This document shows positions 61,737 to 64,000 of a stretch of DNA of 64,000 bases, one piece after another (within the stretch, counting starts at the first letter, position 1; every line of letters begins with the position of its first letter). The notes beneath the pieces were generated by a model, which did no database searches, was not told the DNA's origin, and saw only the letters and a list, made by a program, of their open reading frames with translations. The position numbers and the translations under genes are program-made. Origin of the DNA: Candidatus Latescibacterota bacterium (GTDB lineage Bacteria > Latescibacterota > UBA2968 > UBA8231); assembly GCA_965206595.1 (NCBI GenBank), contig OZ242214.1:5920001-5984000 (forward strand), in the 5' to 3' direction.

Positions 61737-62041
61737 TGGCCACCGACGGCATCACAGTTAACATGACTCCTTCGCATCCAGGTGATTTCATTCGCACGGA
61801 GATCATCGAGGAGTTGGGTCTGAACGTGACAAGGGCAGCCGAGATTCTGGGGGTTCGGCGGGCAACGCTTTCGGATTTACTGAACGGCCACGCCGCGCTG
61901 TCGCCTGAGATGGCACTGCGTATCGAGAAAGCCTTCGGCGTGGGTATGGACATGCTACTGAGGATGCAGGCCTGGTATGAGGCCTCGCAGATGCGCGCTC
62001 GTGAAAGCGAGATCAGCGTCCAGCGCTATGAACCTGTCTGA
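61736..62041 (+). CDS. higA: HigA-family addiction antidote (HTH)
   Basis: HPGDFIR, AAEILGV, LSPEMALRIEKAFG, MQAWY. Confidence 0.9.
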   Translation: MATDGITVNMTPSHPGDFIRTEIIEELGLNVTRAAEILGVRRATLSDLLNGHAALSPEMALRIEKAFGVGMDMLLRMQAWYEASQMRARESEISVQRYEPV

Positions 62042-62146
62042 CCGACCTAAGCACCGCATCGCAAAGTAGCACGTTCCGTATAGATCCGATACAGGATTCG
62101 CACCGAGAGGGTCGATTACAGGCAGCGGCCGGGTCGAGGGGTTTGC

Positions 62147-63046
62147 TCACGACGTCAGCGTCCTGACGAAACGGTCCAGGAAGCGCGGCGCATCCACGGC
62201 CACGCACACGTCGGCGTTGGGCTCGGCATCGCTTGCTCGGGCGGGAACCGTCGCCCCGTTGAGGCGCTCGGGTCTCGTCTCCACCCCGATCCGCATGCGC
62301 CGCGTCTCGCAGAAGGTGGGATCGAACACCATGGCGACGGCCAGCGGATCGTGCAGGAGCGGCCGGGGCTCGGGATCGTCACCGCCCCAGAGCTGGATCA
62401 GCTCGAGGCACAGCCGGTTGATCGGGCGGTCGACCGCGCCGATGGCGCGTACCTGGTCGAAGTTCATGCGGCACCGCTCGGTCACGTCCAGGCCGACCAT
62501 CGTGATCGGCACGCCGGCCCCGAACACGATGCGCGCCGCTTCCGGGTCGCACAGCACGTTCCACTCCGGGCGGACGCGATTCGTGCACCCGCCCATGAGG
62601 CAGATCCTGGCCTTGTCGGCCATGCGGGGTTCCAGCGCAAAGGCGCACGCGATGTTCGTCAGCGCGCCGATCGGCACCAGAGTGACGTCGCCGTCGCCGC
62701 TCATGACCGTGTCGACGATGAAGTCGACGGCGCGCGTGTCGGCGGGCGGCGTCGAGGCCGGATACCGTTCGATCGCCTGCATCTGGTGGGGCCGATGCGC
62801 CGCGATCGCTGCCCGGCCCTCGGCGACCGGGTCGAGCAGGGGCTTCCCCAGGCCGGCGTAGACGCCGACGTCGCTGCGCCCCAGCGCCTCCAGCACGGAG
62901 CAGGCAAGCTCGGCCCGGCGGACCGTATCGCGGAACACGGTGGTGACGCCGAGCAGCTCGATCTCCCCGCACATGAGCGCGTACGCCAGTGCCAGCGCGT
63001 CGTCGATGTCGTCCCCGATGTCGGTGTCCAGGATGATCTTGTGCAC
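62147..63046 (-). CDS. Nucleoside hydrolase
   Basis: LDTDIGDDIDD, IGALTNIA, EWNVLCDPEAA, LHDPLA. Confidence 0.92.
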   Translation of the reverse strand: MHKIILDTDIGDDIDDALALAYALMCGEIELLGVTTVFRDTVRRAELACSVLEALGRSDVGVYAGLGKPLLDPVAEGRAAIAAHRPHQMQAIERYPASTPPADTRAVDFIVDTVMSGDGDVTLVPIGALTNIACAFALEPRMADKARICLMGGCTNRVRPEWNVLCDPEAARIVFGAGVPITMVGLDVTERCRMNFDQVRAIGAVDRPINRLCLELIQLWGGDDPEPRPLLHDPLAVAMVFDPTFCETRRMRIGVETRPERLNGATVPARASDAEPNADVCVAVDAPRFLDRFVRTLTS

Positions 63047-63169
63047 TGCGTGCTCCTCTCCGGCGGGCAAACGTCCAAGGATGGAACTATGTATCAGGTA
63101 AAATAAGGCACCGGTCTTGGACTCTCGGCCAAGGCGCTGAGCGCGCCCCCCTGCGTTTCTAAAACACCT

Positions 63170-63205
63170 TTGACATACAACAGGACCGTCGTATGTTTGT
63201 TGTAT
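63170..63205 (+). promoter_or_regulatory. sigma70 promoter with overlapping inverted repeat
   Basis: TTGACA-16-TATGTT; ATACAACA (63175-63182)/TGTTGTAT (63198-63205). Confidence 0.55.
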
Positions 63206-63241
63206 AAAACAATTCTGCTTTACAACTGGAATGACGTGAAA

Positions 63242-64000
63242 ATGGAAGGCACCCCCGAATTCTACACCGGCGCTCCCGTCGACCCGGTGGACCTGCGATT
63301 CCGCGAGACGTTTCTGGCGGATCTGTGGCAAACGCTGCGCACCGGGCATGTGGTGCTCACGGCGCCTCGACGAACCGGCAAGACGAGCGTCATGGATTAC
63401 CTGCGCGACCATCCCGAGAACGGATTCTCGGTGGTGTCGATCAACGTTCAGGACCTGACCCATCCGGCCGACTTCTTCCAGGTGCTGCTCGATGGATTCC
63501 ATGATGCGCATCCGGATTTCGTGCGCGACCGGCTTGCCGCAGGTTGGGAACTCGTCAGCGGCGTGCTCGGAAAGGTCGACGAGATCGGTGTCGGCGGCTT
63601 CAAGCTTGCGCTGCGCCGGAGCGATCCCGACTGGCGCGAGAACTGGCGCCAGCACGGCGACACGTTTCTCGCCCAGGCCCGCAATACCGGCGTCCCGATT
63701 CTCTTCATCATCGACGAGTTTCCCGACATGCTGCTCAACCTGTCCCGTGAAGATGCAGGGTTGCTGCGCCAGTTCCTCGCCTGGTTTCGCACCCAGCGAC
63801 AGAATCCGGCACCGGCAAGAGATTCGGTCCGCTGGCTGGTCGGCGGGTCGGTCAATCTGGCCGGCACCCTCGACGCCCTCGGGCTGGTCGATCTCATCAA
63901 CGACCTCGAAGACGTTTCCCTGCCGCCGCTCACCGGTAGCGACATCGAGACCTTCGTGAAGGAGATGCTGAGCGGACGAGGCGTCCCCTTCGACGACGAC
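63242..64000 (+). CDS. P-loop ATPase, STAND/ATPase_2-like (partial, runs off window)
   Basis: Own translation: MEGTPEFYTGAPV...TAPRRTGKTS Walker A, LFIIDEFP Walker B, LVGGS. Confidence 0.8.
   Translation, partial: MEGTPEFYTGAPVDPVDLRFRETFLADLWQTLRTGHVVLTAPRRTGKTSVMDYLRDHPENGFSVVSINVQDLTHPADFFQVLLDGFHDAHPDFVRDRLAAGWELVSGVLGKVDEIGVGGFKLALRRSDPDWRENWRQHGDTFLAQARNTGVPILFIIDEFPDMLLNLSREDAGLLRQFLAWFRTQRQNPAPARDSVRWLVGGSVNLAGTLDALGLVDLINDLEDVSLPPLTGSDIETFVKEMLSGRGVPFDDD

Noticed and set aside
1-64000. tRNA, rRNA, CRISPR array, integron integrase or prophage
   Set aside because: None recognised in the sequence.

Overview
GC-rich bacterial chromosomal window. A C-terminal 'NxPNPFN' FlgD-Ig/Por-type sorting domain, repeated PhyH/TauD dioxygenases and an ankyrin protein suggest an FCB-superphylum organism (Latescibacterota/Gemmatimonadota-like), possibly host-associated; this is inference only. 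Positions 1-33 kb hold metabolic and housekeeping genes (CBS protein, AhpD-like peroxidase, PhyH, SDRs, TPP E1a/E1b/E2 cluster, rpsR, arfB, sigma70, pepF, parEC, DEAD helicase, methyltransferases, RelBE-type TA) plus an intact IS630. Positions 34-47 kb are an IS hotspot: a composite transposon of two inverted IS701-like copies carrying cassette-like cargo (HigBA, attC-like site) splits a DUF2971-like gene, an ISKra4-like element is nested in an IS1380, and a second ISKra4-like element splits a beta-propeller hydrolase gene. Positions 52-59 kb hold an atypical chaperone operon (877-aa helical/TPR-like protein, HPP-type J protein, GrpE, Hsp70, CxxC/TPR protein). Highlights: a hidden CxxU selenoprotein with SECIS-like hairpin (603-1223), the Hsp70 operon, the composite transposon, a probable ATC-initiated orphan rpsR, a perfect 25-bp palindrome between parE and parC, and an E2 lacking its catalytic His. 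Several single-base frameshifts may be long-read assembly errors.
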